A stretch of DNA of 64,000 bases from Lepidodermella squamata (lineage: Eukaryota; Animalia; Gastrotricha): NCBI GenBank assembly GCA_047495785.1, contig JBLDXI010000015.1:2232001-2296000 (forward strand), in the 5' to 3' direction. Shown in pieces: positions 53,947 to 64,000 of the stretch (position 1 is its first letter; the number at the start of each line of letters is the position of its first letter). A program made the translations under genes and the position numbers. A model generated the notes under the pieces. That model saw nothing but the letters and a program-made list of their open reading frames with translations, searched no databases and was not told the DNA's origin.

Positions 53947-54331
53947 TGAGAGCCTCGAACCAGTCTTTCATGCCCTTCATAACCTATTTAGGCTGGAATT
54001 TTTATTCTCAGCTGGTGAAGATTTCGGAAGTCGTTAAAACGGACCATTGGGTCGCAACTATCGAAAAGTCCGTTCAGGAGCGGGTCATTGACGAAATATA
54101 AAGTGGAAGTCATTTTGCGGGGCATGTCAGGCAATTGAAGATATTTTAAAGCTTTTTATTCAAGCCCAAAACCGAATTACGAATGCTGGTTAAAATGTTA
54201 AACATTAAACCAGCAGCGCGATAACACCGCATAGTTCCGACAAAGTTTGTTATTATAGGTCTATAGCTCCACAATAATGGATAACTCAGCAACATGCTCA
54301 TCGTCCAATTCCAATATTATTTTTCTTTACA

Positions 54332-57300
54332 TCACAGGTCTGGTTCTTCCATGCGTTTGATGGTAATTGTCATCCGGGTAGCATCGGTAATTGTCACGCA
54401 GTGACCAGAGCGAGCCGACTGATTTCTTAATACTGTCACCAATGATGGGAATGTCAACTCCAAGCCAGCCATTTCCATGACAAGAAGAGGGCTCAGACGG
54501 TTTTCGGCTCCTATAATTATTCTTGGATACAGTTTGATAGACGCCTATCCATAAAACGTAAAAATACTCCAATAAATGTTTGATCATGCAATTTGTACCT
54601 TAGAAGTTGAGGATGCACTGTTTAACAATACTACTCTGCCATCAGGGAGTGAGTCAATACTAAATCTATCAGAGCAAGAGCCGACAAATTCAACGGAACT
54701 TTCTGCCGAGTTGCGAGCAGCGTTCGTCACGGTGAAAATCGTCTTATTCGAGCTAGTTGTCGAATAAAGGACGCCCCAGTTGCTCGCGATGTGCAGCTGA
54801 GCGTTCGATGGGACTTTGCAGAAGTGCTTTCGTTCGAAATTTGGTAACTTGTAAACCATTAATTTTTCAACTTTCATCGTAAAGAGCTCGTTGCTTTGGT
54901 CATTGAGCGCGAGGCCTTTAAATACTGTATACGTACTAATTTTCGCGGTAATCTTGAATTCGCGAATTGCCCAAAAATGACCATTTTCTATTTTCGCGAA
55001 ATTTTAAATTCGCGAGGGCGATCCTTGGATAATTGCGTAATAAAACAGTAATTTTCGCGAAAATCTTGAATTCGCGAGGATACAGCGATCTCGGTAAAAG
55101 TTATGTGCATTTCGCGTAACAACTACAGTTCGCGCGTGGCGATTACGTTGCGCGTGCACTCAATTCCGGCTCGCTGATTGGTTACCAATCAGGACTTGGC
55201 GCGCGCGCACTTGTATTCCTCACAAGCGCGCGCATCAGTTAACTTTTCTTAGTCCTGATTTTTAACAAGTTCTAGACCGCGCGCGCGGATTTCAAAGAAC
55301 TACTTCCAAACATCGCGTCGGTTTTCATACTACAAAATAATTCCAACAATTCGCTATCGAATAGATATAGGGTTCTCGCGTGAAAAAAATCATGAAAATA
55401 AGTTTTACGCGCACCTCAAAATTTGCGCACAGGATGAGAGCGCGCTCTCTCGCCTGAGAACGAAATTGAAGTCGCGCGTAAGATTTTCCCATTATTCTTT
55501 TCGCGAGAAACCTATATCTATTCGATAGAGAATTGTCTGAATTTTATCAGAGTATAAAAACCGCCAAAATAATCAGAAGTATCTTTCTGTCAATAGCGCG
55601 CACGGTCCAGAAATGATAATTTGAGTTTGCGTTTTCGCAAAAATCCACATTTACCCTCTGATTGCGCAATCTAAGGAGGGCCCGTAATTCTCGTAACTCG
55701 TGCGCATGTCGTTCCGGTTATGCGAGCAATAGCGGCTGGTTGCGAAATTGATAGCTGTGTAGAGAAGCGGAAAGTGCGAAGGCGCGCTTAATCGACTACT
55801 CGATCTACAATGGCGCACTAATTACGCGCGCGGCTCGATTGATAAACACTTGATGGACAATCGACCACCAGTTAAACGACAGTGATTTGATTGGCTTAGT
55901 CGTCTCAGCCAATCAGCGGCGCCTCGCAGCGGCATCCACTTTTAGCTCGCGCAGTTTGTCACGCTGCTAGGAAATGAGCATGATATGACCAACTAGCCTC
56001 GAACTTGCCTGGTGCCCAAGACCGCTTTTCAAATCGTTTACAATTACGTAATCTCTGCGAGCGATTTTCTTTCATGAGGGATTTTTTTTCGCGTGCGATT
56101 AATTTTCGCGAGGGATAAATTTTCGCGAATCTTGAATTCGCGAGCCGAGGTCGTCGCGAAATTTCGCGAAAATAAAATTACAGCGAAAATTTGTACGTAT
56201 ACAGTATGCCCTTATCGCTCGTTATAACAACCTTGGCTTCAACAACAGAACGAGACTTGTCGATGCAAAGACGAAGGATTCGTTGGCACATTTTATCTAA
56301 AACTACCAGCGTTCCATCCCCAAATGAGACTATGGGTCCAGATAATTGCAAAGGACCTCGAAAGTCAGGATCTTTTGTTGGAAGCGTGATAACTTTCTTA
56401 TTCCGAGTGTCCAAAACCTGAGGAAAAACCAGAATGAATGAAACGTGAAAGAAAAGCCACCAAATTTTCTCACCGCAATTTCTCCATTACTTGCTTCCGA
56501 AATAACAGCTAATCGATCTGCTGTGAAGTTAACAACTCCAATCGGAACAGCTGATAGTTTGAAACAGTGAAACACCTCGTTCATGTTACCACGACTCTCT
56601 CCGTCTGTAGTTTGATTGATCGCAGCAAAGTCCACAGAAGCAGCGCGGGCCGAAGCAAGGCTCGGTTTCTTAGGTATAACAGGTAACTTGAAATCGTGTT
56701 TTATCGTGCCCAGTGGGATGAGATTGAACGTTTTTGCTAAATTTGAAGGCAACGTAGCTTCGACCGCAAACTCAAGCCGCAAACTGGATTCAAAGCGTAC
56801 GGAATCTTGAAGCTTTAATCATTGAAAAGGGTGATGAAGAATGAGAGCATCTTATTGAAGAATTTACTTGTTTGTTTATATCGGTCGCTGATTTGTGCAT
56901 TATCGCCACATCTTTCAATTCAGTATTTAAAACGGACTTCATTAAAAACTCCGAAATCAAGTTGCGCAGCTCTGATTGGCATTGGGCTGTGCTGAAGGCT
57001 GATCGAAATCTCTCAAGCTTTTGTCTCTGGATTGTTTCCGCCTGCGTCTTCAAATTCTCTGCTTTCTCGCGGATAATGACGGTTGTTTCGTCGATCGCCA
57101 TTTTCACGACCTCGTCTACCTCTTTGCTGAATTTTTCCTCTTGTGCTCTCGCAAAGGCATCAGCCCTGTCCAGAGTGCCTTGGAAGTCTGAATCTCTAGG
57201 AGTAGGCCTTTCAATCTAAAATCATCGTATAAGCAAAAGGTATAAGTAAAAGGCGTAGAAAAGAAGATTATCAGAACATGCCCAATTTTTTTGCATTTTC

Positions 57301-57875
57301 GCGACTTCCTGCTTCATCATTTCCATGTGAACGAATTTGCAGCTACTGCAGAATGTTTGATCGCAATGGGGACAAGGTTCCTTTTCTGCAACCAGCACAA
57401 AATGGTTACAGCTTAGCATTTCTTGTTGTCCTTTCTCCATTCTCTCTTGTTCACGGCTTATCTCAACTACCTGTTGCGCGAATATATTTGTAGAAAATCC
57501 TGTTAAATTGAAGCAATCCGTATTCAGTGATTACGAAACTAAAGTTGAAAGTGAAAATCTTACCGTCAACACCATTCGCGTCCAAGAAACTAGGAACTCG
57601 GCAAATGGGACACTCTACTGCTTGGCCGATGGCTGCTGCGTTAATTGATGGTCTAGGTAAAGACTTCACTCTCAACTTTCGCATGCAGTCCAGGCATAGC
57701 AGATGTGGGCAAGAGGGGAACTGCTTTGGATTTCTGAAGTAGCTCAGGCAAACAGGGCATGTCAAGGTCTTGAAAAAAATAAACAGATTATTATTTCAGA
57801 ACTTATTAGATCTTTAAGTATTACGTGTTTGAAATTATGAGCAAGCTGAACATTTGCTCCATTTGAAGACGCCAT
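54332..57875 (-). pseudogene. TRIM-like RING/B-box/coiled-coil/beta-propeller (NHL-like) gene, one exon interrupted by a MITE
   Basis: RING CPVC..CPHLLCLDC..CPIC; B-box-like CPHCDQTFCSSCKFVH; helical region; beta-rich repeats (DGTLVVLD, DGRVVLLN). Removing 54925-56204 plus one TA restores the frame SDKGI-FKGLALNDQSNELFTMKVEK. Confidence 0.8.
54925..56204. mobile_element. 1280-bp non-autonomous DNA transposon with TA target-site duplication (IS630-Tc1-mariner-like)
   Basis: TA|CTGTATACGTACTAATTTTCGC ... GCGAAAATTTGTACGTATACAG|TA. Subterminal TTTTCGCG and ATCTTGAATTCGCGA repeats. No ORF. Confidence 0.92.
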
Positions 57876-58074
57876 GCTGCGACTGCAAAATAGTTTTTTA
57901 CGCAAGCACGTCGATAAAACTGCGTGTGAAATGTGAAAGCAAATCGCGCTGTGGTGTTTATATTGAATTTCCAAGAGGGGAAGAAGCATTCCTCCTTAAA
58001 TAATTGATAACATTAAAAATGATGTACCACGGTTTAACGATTACAGCTAAAGCGTCTTAGAATTGCCTCGGAGT

Positions 58075-58755
58075 TTATTTATTTATTTATTTATTTAGAA
58101 GCTATTACACCCAAAGAGGGAAGCTTGACAAAGTATAAGGAAAACAACATATAATTGCAGGACAGGATCACATTTAGGACAGGAAAGGTGTTGTAGAAGA
58201 AACAAAGTTATAGAATTAGGATTAGAAATACACGTCAATGTGTATATAATATAATAATGATAGGTAATAGTAAAAATCGCAACAGTAGTGTAATAAAACA
58301 AAACAGCAGCATTTCAGCAGTATAAAAATAAAGTGTCCATTTCAGGTCCATTTCAGTATCAGGAATTAAAGTATATAAATCACAACGAAGTGTATCAAAA
58401 TTAAATCAGAACAAAAATGATGATCACTGGGATAATTTAGCGGCATTCATTCCGTAGTAGTACTGGTAAACTACCTCGCGACAATTCTCGGCCGTTTCAG
58501 ATTGCTGTGCCTCAAGAGGAAGTTGGTTCCATAAATTGGGTCCTCGATAACTTAGACTCAAAGTACCGCGCAGAGAATCGTAAGTCGGTTTGAACATTGG
58601 TTCGAAGTTGCGCATGTCGTATTGGGTCGGTTCGTTCAGTTTGAATATTGCCTGCATCGCTGTTGGCGCTTGTCCGTTAACACATTTCCAGACGAAAGTC
58701 GCCAGATGAATCGCGTGCTTTTGGTGCACCGTTACCCATCCGAGGCGATGCCTCA
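58075..58755 (-). mobile_element. 5'-truncated CR1/L2-clade non-LTR retrotransposon
   Basis: ORF2 C-terminus LGWVTV...WKCVNGQAP...YDMR...SLSYRGPNLWNQLP, then an AT-rich 3'UTR and a (TAAA)n tail at 58075-58096. Confidence 0.8.
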
Positions 58756-58913
58756 CTTTGCTCACTCTTTGCACTTTGCTCACTTTACTCACTTTGCGCC
58801 ATATAGATTCTCTCAACTCGGGAAAAAGGACTGTACGTTATAGGTATTGACTTTTAGCGTTCTGACAGGTAATGTTGAAAGTTGAAAGTCATGCATGTTT
58901 TATTCGTTAATCC

Positions 58914-60593
58914 CTAGCACTTGGTATATACTATAAATTGACGCATTCTAAGATCTGAAGATGTCTGTTCATATTCTTGACTTCTCGCCAGACTTGGATC
59001 ATGAACCAGCAGTCCGTTGTCCTGCTCATACTTGAATTCATCTATCGACGGTGGGTGTCGATAATGAACTATACGAACCTCGTTGAATGGATCAGCCGTG
59101 AATGTCCGACCTCCATTGGTCACGTTGTGCACCGAAAAATATTCCACATTATCTATCCGTGCAATTATTTTGTACCTCCCTCTGGTGTAGGGATCCGGCG
59201 ACCTGAATTGCATGGCTTGAATACGCGAGTAGACTTCAAACATGTTAGATGCGTTAACTGTCGGGCAATTCAAGCCAGGGCGTTCGAAACCGAAGAACCA
59301 GCTGTAGAAAACCACCCCACCAATTGATTGATCACCGGAGTATTTTTGCTCAAGAAGTTCGTAAAGAGAGCCGAATTTAGGGTTCAGGAGCTGGAAAAAC
59401 TCGTCTGTATCGTGCAAGCCAACCCATTTAGCTCGACCCTTGTAACGGTGAATACAATCAACCTGAGGAAACAAAAGTAGACAAATTTAAGAACTGATAT
59501 CCAACCAGCCTACTTGTGCTGCCTTTTGAGCATACAATCCTCGAAATACGACGGGAGCGTCGAAATAGAAAGGAATCAGGGTTATGAAGTTCGGAATATC
59601 CAAGAACACTTTCAGCAGCTTTTCAAAATGCTCGATCGAATGCTCGTTGATGTAAATCAGAAAGTGTTCAAAACCTAACACTCGATTGTAGGTGATCCAC
59701 TCAACCAATCGGTCGAAATGATCATCAGCAACCAGAGTGCATGCAGCTAGTTTGATTTCTCTCGGTATGTGAAATGAACAGACTGAGAGATTTTGCCACA
59801 TAGTCTCTATCCGACCGCTTCCAACGTGAGTGTCGTATATCGTTGCCCTTCTTACATTTCGGTCGTCGAACTCGGGTAGCATATGGATAGGACACTTCAG
59901 GACAAGCGACCAAAGATGGGTGTCGCCATTTCTCCCAGTTTTTTCATCGACGGAACCTTTGATAGTCAAGCAATCAGCTGAGAAAAAGGTCGATAATTGA
60001 TCGTCAGTAAGTCCTATAAACACGTCGCAATGATAAATCCTCGAGTGGTTTTGGGGACTTACCTAAATATAAATTAATTTTCCACGAAGCGTCTTTCAGC
60101 CAGTAGTCGTAGTTGGAAATCTTCTCAATTCGTCCGTTAGACATGTCGACGTATTCCGTCATCATGATGACGTAAACCGATCTGTCCCTCACGAAAATAC
60201 TTGCAGGTAAAGGATAGGAACTGCCGGTTTGGAAGTACGCTGGGGCCAGTTTGTTGAATCTATCGTTGAATCTCAGCCGGCATCGGACAACTGGGCTTTC
60301 GCTTACATTTGGCGAACGTACTAAATTATCGTATAAATGCGTCCTTTGCCGATGAAGGTATTCCTTTAGCACCACATGATATCTTGCCATGTATTCGCGG
60401 TCGTTTGGAAGAAGGGTAAACGTCAAATATATGAGGATAATCGCAGGAACGACGAAATACGACAATTTGCATTGTATCCTCCTGTTTATAAAAGCTGGAA
60501 AATGAACTAATCTTAACAGAGAATATCAATAGATCTTGATGATTATTCACCCCATTTCAAACTGAATAATTTGCTGCGTAAATATCCAACCAT
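58914..60593 (-). CDS. Glycosyltransferase family 92 (DUF23)-like type II membrane protein, 4 exons
   Basis: N-terminal TM YFVVPAIILIYLTFTLL; LAACTLV...LVEWITYNRVLGFEHFLIY; DCIHRY...KWVGLHDTDEFF (DxD); KII...VH; IVHYR. Introns 60014-60062 and 59463-59513, plus one at ~60495-60550. Confidence 0.85.
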
Positions 60594-61218
60594 GCCGTCC
60601 ACCCTAGATAGGAAAAATGTTCGATAAAATGTGATGCTGTGATGCGCCTAATACTTTATAGACTTACTCCTTTGCCTGACCATAATTATTCTCAGCTCGC
60701 GCCGACATGAATAAGGTAAGAAGAAGTCTTTTATTTATGCGGCGTTTATTTATGCGCAAGGTCGAAAATCGAAATTATGGCTAGTTAACGATTTGTTATT
60801 TGCAGCCCGCCTTATAGCACGCACCGACAACAGGTGTGCGTAGATCGATATCTCAATACTGCGAAAGCTCAGCTATTGCGTGATGGCTTCATCCGGCACA
60901 TGTAAATATCGTCCTTCAATTTTTGATTAGGGACAGTCAACAACGTCTTGCATAATAAAAATGCAAGTTCGTAATAGCAGCCATTGATTAGGCTATCAAA
61001 GGAACTATCAAAGATTGTTCGAGGCCAGATTCCAGACTTCACTAACGTAGGAAATCATGGATGCTGGTATTTTAATGAGATCGATTAGGTTAAAACGAAT
61101 CATGAAAAGAAAATCAACAAATTGAAAAATCCACCTTAAATTTGGTTGTAACGAAAAGCGATTCCGTTTCGTTTCGATTTCACGATTTTGTTATTCAAAC
61201 TTGTTTCAAACTTGTTCA

Positions 61219-62822
61219 ATGGAGCCACAAACCAAAATCGCTGAGGTGCCGAATATGAAAAAGCAATTCGATGTATTACAGCAAGAAAGCTCGCCGAACA
61301 TTCAGTTTCATAATGCGCCTCGAGTTTGTTGCATCTTCTTACTTCTTTCTCAAGATTTTCTCATTTGTTTCATCAGCCGATCGCTGCTGCGCAGATCAAG
61401 GGCTTTCAAATCGATGATGACAAAGTTGTTAATGAGCGGAACGATGGCAGCATCCTGATAGTATCGGCTGAAGTCGAAGTATCCTTGAACCCGCGCAAAT
61501 ACTGGAGAAGCTTAACCTTGCGTAGTGTGAAGTTGCCCAAAAATGGACAACCAGTCGGCCCTGCTGATCTTTATGAAGAAAGCAATACACTCTACGCCCG
61601 CAGTTTCTTCATACTTGACACTCAAACTAAGGTTCGGATCAACCTTGTCAATCCCAAGCGCCCGCATGGTGTTGCCAAAATGCGCATCACGAGGTTGAGG
61701 CCTCGGGATGGTCACGCTGATTCCAAACAGCATTCAATCATCTTGTTGTTCGGCACTTTCGGACAAGCTGTTACTTTCTATCGCCAGATAAACGAGTACA
61801 TCGGCGAGGTTCTGGAGACGGAGTGTTTTGAAGATGTCTACCGAAATCTCGGACAGCGTCACTTACGTCCGACCTTGGCTTTTGTTGGATCTAGTAATCC
61901 CGACTATTACAGCCGAAACACCTGGCACCAAGCAGCAAGGCCTAGGGATGAAGAAAATTATGTTAGAAAAAATGTGGCAAATCCAGACAACTTTTCGATG
62001 CAATACGGGTCCAATCTGCTTGAGGTGTATAAGAAAAATTTCGAAGCTAAATTATGCGAGTCTCACAGCTCACCCATCTGGATGCATGACCACTGGCTCG
62101 GCGTTCGTTCTTTTGAATTTGCTAACAACGCTGCGATTTTACGAAATTTCGCCGACTCGCGCATTCTCAATCACTCAGAGGCATCTGTTCACTTCGAAAC
62201 GCCTTTCGCCGAGCCGCATCCGCTGTACCTAGCCAATATCGACCAGATTGAAACTTACGCCAAGCATGAATTGGATGCCATTGTCAGAAGAATAGCACAG
62301 ATTGCTGACGGGGAAATGGGATTCATCCGCAGACTCCAAGATTTTCTGTGGAAAAGAGAGGACGGCTTTTTTGGAGCTCCAGTGCGAGTTTGGCGCTCAA
62401 TGCAGGGCATCTGGTGCGCTGTCATTCGAATGCCTGAAAATCGCGACAGCCCTTTTGTGGAGCGCCATGGCCCTAACGGCTCATCTCCCGTTGATTGGGC
62501 CATGGTTGAGCTTCCAGCTGAACTGTTGAGCGACGAGGATGGGCGAGTTATGACATTGGCGACTTCAGGCATCCTTATCGATCCAGACACGTTTGAGGGA
62601 GCTCCGCAAACTATGCTGATAGCTACTACCGAAAAGCTGTGCTACCGGTTTGATAACGGCTTCATAGCGCGGTGGATTCGTCTCATTCCGATGCTCGATC
62701 ACGAGAAAGGAGCTAGTATGAAGGGTGAGGGTAAATTCCCTGATGATCCAAGCGCAGTAAAATGGGCATTGGCAATTTGGAAACCTGCTGAAAATGTATC
62801 GTCAACCACTGCAACTCTATAG
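61219..62822 (+). CDS. Family B protein of unknown function, paralogue 2 (exons 61219-61323, 61377-62822)
   Basis: 105-nt exon 1 and a 53-nt intron at the same position as in paralogue 1. Motifs FGTFxQA, NEYxGEV, WMHDHWL, VDWA, RWIRLIPML, VKWALA. Confidence 0.87.
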
Positions 62823-63141
62823 CAGAGTTGATGTTAAACGGCAAGATAATTCAGAAGAGCAAATGAATAAACTAACGTGTTTTTCCCGTGGTTAAATGGA
62901 AATATTTTTCACCTTAGAGTAGCGCCTAGAACATTCGACTTGTTTTTTTGTCCTTCAAGGTTAATGTATTTTGATTTCTATTGTTGTGTGAAAGCGCTTA
63001 TTCATTCGCAGTCGTGTTGTTGGTGGAAACACGCCAAACGTAGGCGTCGTTCACGCCGCAAAAACCAACGGCTTCTGAGGGTGGTATAAAAATCCTAAGC
63101 TGGCAGCTGCTTTTTCGCCATCATTTTTCTTTCCGTTTAAA

Positions 63142-64000
63142 ATGTCAGCCAAGCTCGTGATACCTTTGTTAGCATCTCTCGCGGCGGTCGCTCACGTAGA
63201 GGCAGCAATATACTGCTTCGAGGCTCCGTCTATCGACAATTCAGAATGTTACAAAGACAAGGAAAAAATCGATCCGGCAAATCCGAACTGGGTGTTCAAA
63301 TCAGGCGAATCCGTGGACTATGTTTGCCTGGCTGGGTTCAGACTTGTTGGAAATGCGAAAGTCACCTGTCAAGCGGATGGTACTTGGTCACCTAAGCCTT
63401 TGCCTCGCTGTGTTGCTGTTACTACAACAACAGCCCGAACAACAACCACAACAACAGCCCGAACTACAACGACTACGACTGCTCCGAGATGCCGCGGCCT
63501 TCCAACACTCGGCAATGGCGCCTGTCAAGTTGCTGGTGATGATGGCTCAGGAAGTTACGCTCGAGGGGCCGTTGCAACCTGTACATGCGGCGAAGGCTTC
63601 AGATTCGGCAGCGGCACTTCGACGACAGTGACTGTCACATGTAGTAATTCTGGAACTTGGCCAACTCCGACTGCTTGTAGTGCTATACCGGTATGCTCAG
63701 CATTCCCCTCCTTCACTGATGGAAGCTGTGCGAGATCTGACGGAAGATCTGGTCCGATGTATGTTGGTGTCTCTATAACTTGCACGTGCGTCAACGGTTT
63801 CAGCTCAAATGGAGCAGCTAACGGGGCGACTAGCCAAACGGCAACCTGCCAGTCCAAAGATTCATGGTCCGCTTTGAACAAATGCCAAGAAGTCCCGAAA
63901 GACTGTCCTAGTCCGCCGCAAATCGATGGAAGCGGCTGCTCGAACTGCCCAGCTGAAGGCGTTCCATCCACCGCTACTTATTCCCCAAATACCGTCGTTA
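63142..64000 (+). CDS. Secreted Sushi/CCP-domain protein with a Thr-rich linker, 3'-incomplete
   Basis: Open frame from the ATG to the window end (no stop, so missing from the ORF track). Signal peptide MSAKLVIPLLASLAAVAHVEA; VDYVCLAGFRLVGNAKVTCQADGTWSPKPLPRC; TTTTAR repeats at 63421-63480; further CCP-like repeats. Confidence 0.9.
   Translation, partial: MSAKLVIPLLASLAAVAHVEAAIYCFEAPSIDNSECYKDKEKIDPANPNWVFKSGESVDYVCLAGFRLVGNAKVTCQADGTWSPKPLPRCVAVTTTTARTTTTTTARTTTTTTAPRCRGLPTLGNGACQVAGDDGSGSYARGAVATCTCGEGFRFGSGTSTTVTVTCSNSGTWPTPTACSAIPVCSAFPSFTDGSCARSDGRSGPMYVGVSITCTCVNGFSSNGAANGATSQTATCQSKDSWSALNKCQEVPKDCPSPPQIDGSGCSNCPAEGVPSTATYSPNTVV

Noticed and set aside
54925-56204. MITE acting as an introner (its minus-strand end reads ...ATACAG|)
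   Set aside because: The nearby GT donors paired with that AG leave 4 or 10 extra nt, causing a frameshift to TAA. I found no in-frame splice.
60004-60062. Apparent frameshift between overlapping GT92 ORFs
   Set aside because: Explained by a canonical 49-nt intron (GTAAGT...TATAG).
63320-63971. 103-aa Gln-rich ORF and 138-aa minus-strand ORF
   Set aside because: Alternative frames of the Sushi gene.
1-64000. tRNA, rRNA, snRNA or SL RNA genes; alternative genetic code
   Set aside because: None recognised by eye, and exons read normally in the standard code. An Infernal/tRNAscan run would be needed to exclude RNA genes.

Overview
Gene-dense eukaryotic (probably invertebrate animal) DNA with many GT-AG introns of about 50 nt and abundant CpG. 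(1) 17714 to <1, minus strand: one giant multi-exon polycystin-1/REJ-like receptor gene that runs off the window. It encodes a signal peptide, about 8 C-type lectin domains, 5 LamG/ConA-like repeats, a WSC domain, 2 F5/8C domains, a PAN domain, PKD repeats and a REJ module. (2) 22-51.4 kb, plus strand: a co-oriented array of five highly diverged paralogues that I do not recognise ('family A'). They share an N-terminal helical domain and a long coiled coil. Most also have a basic NLS-like patch before intron 1 and a later E-x-x-F-[LV] helix, and some have an Arg/Gly-rich tail. Two orphan ORFs, MITEs and a ~2 kb non-coding tandem duplication lie among them. (3) 51.8-62.8 kb: two divergent paralogues and a fragment of a second unrecognised family ('family B'). 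They flank a TRIM-like RING/B-box/coiled-coil/propeller gene with an exon broken by a 1280-bp TA-flanked MITE, a truncated CR1/L2-type LINE and a GT92 glycosyltransferase. (4) 63142 to end: a secreted Sushi/CCP protein absent from the ORF track. All gene models and domain calls are by eye; no searches were run.
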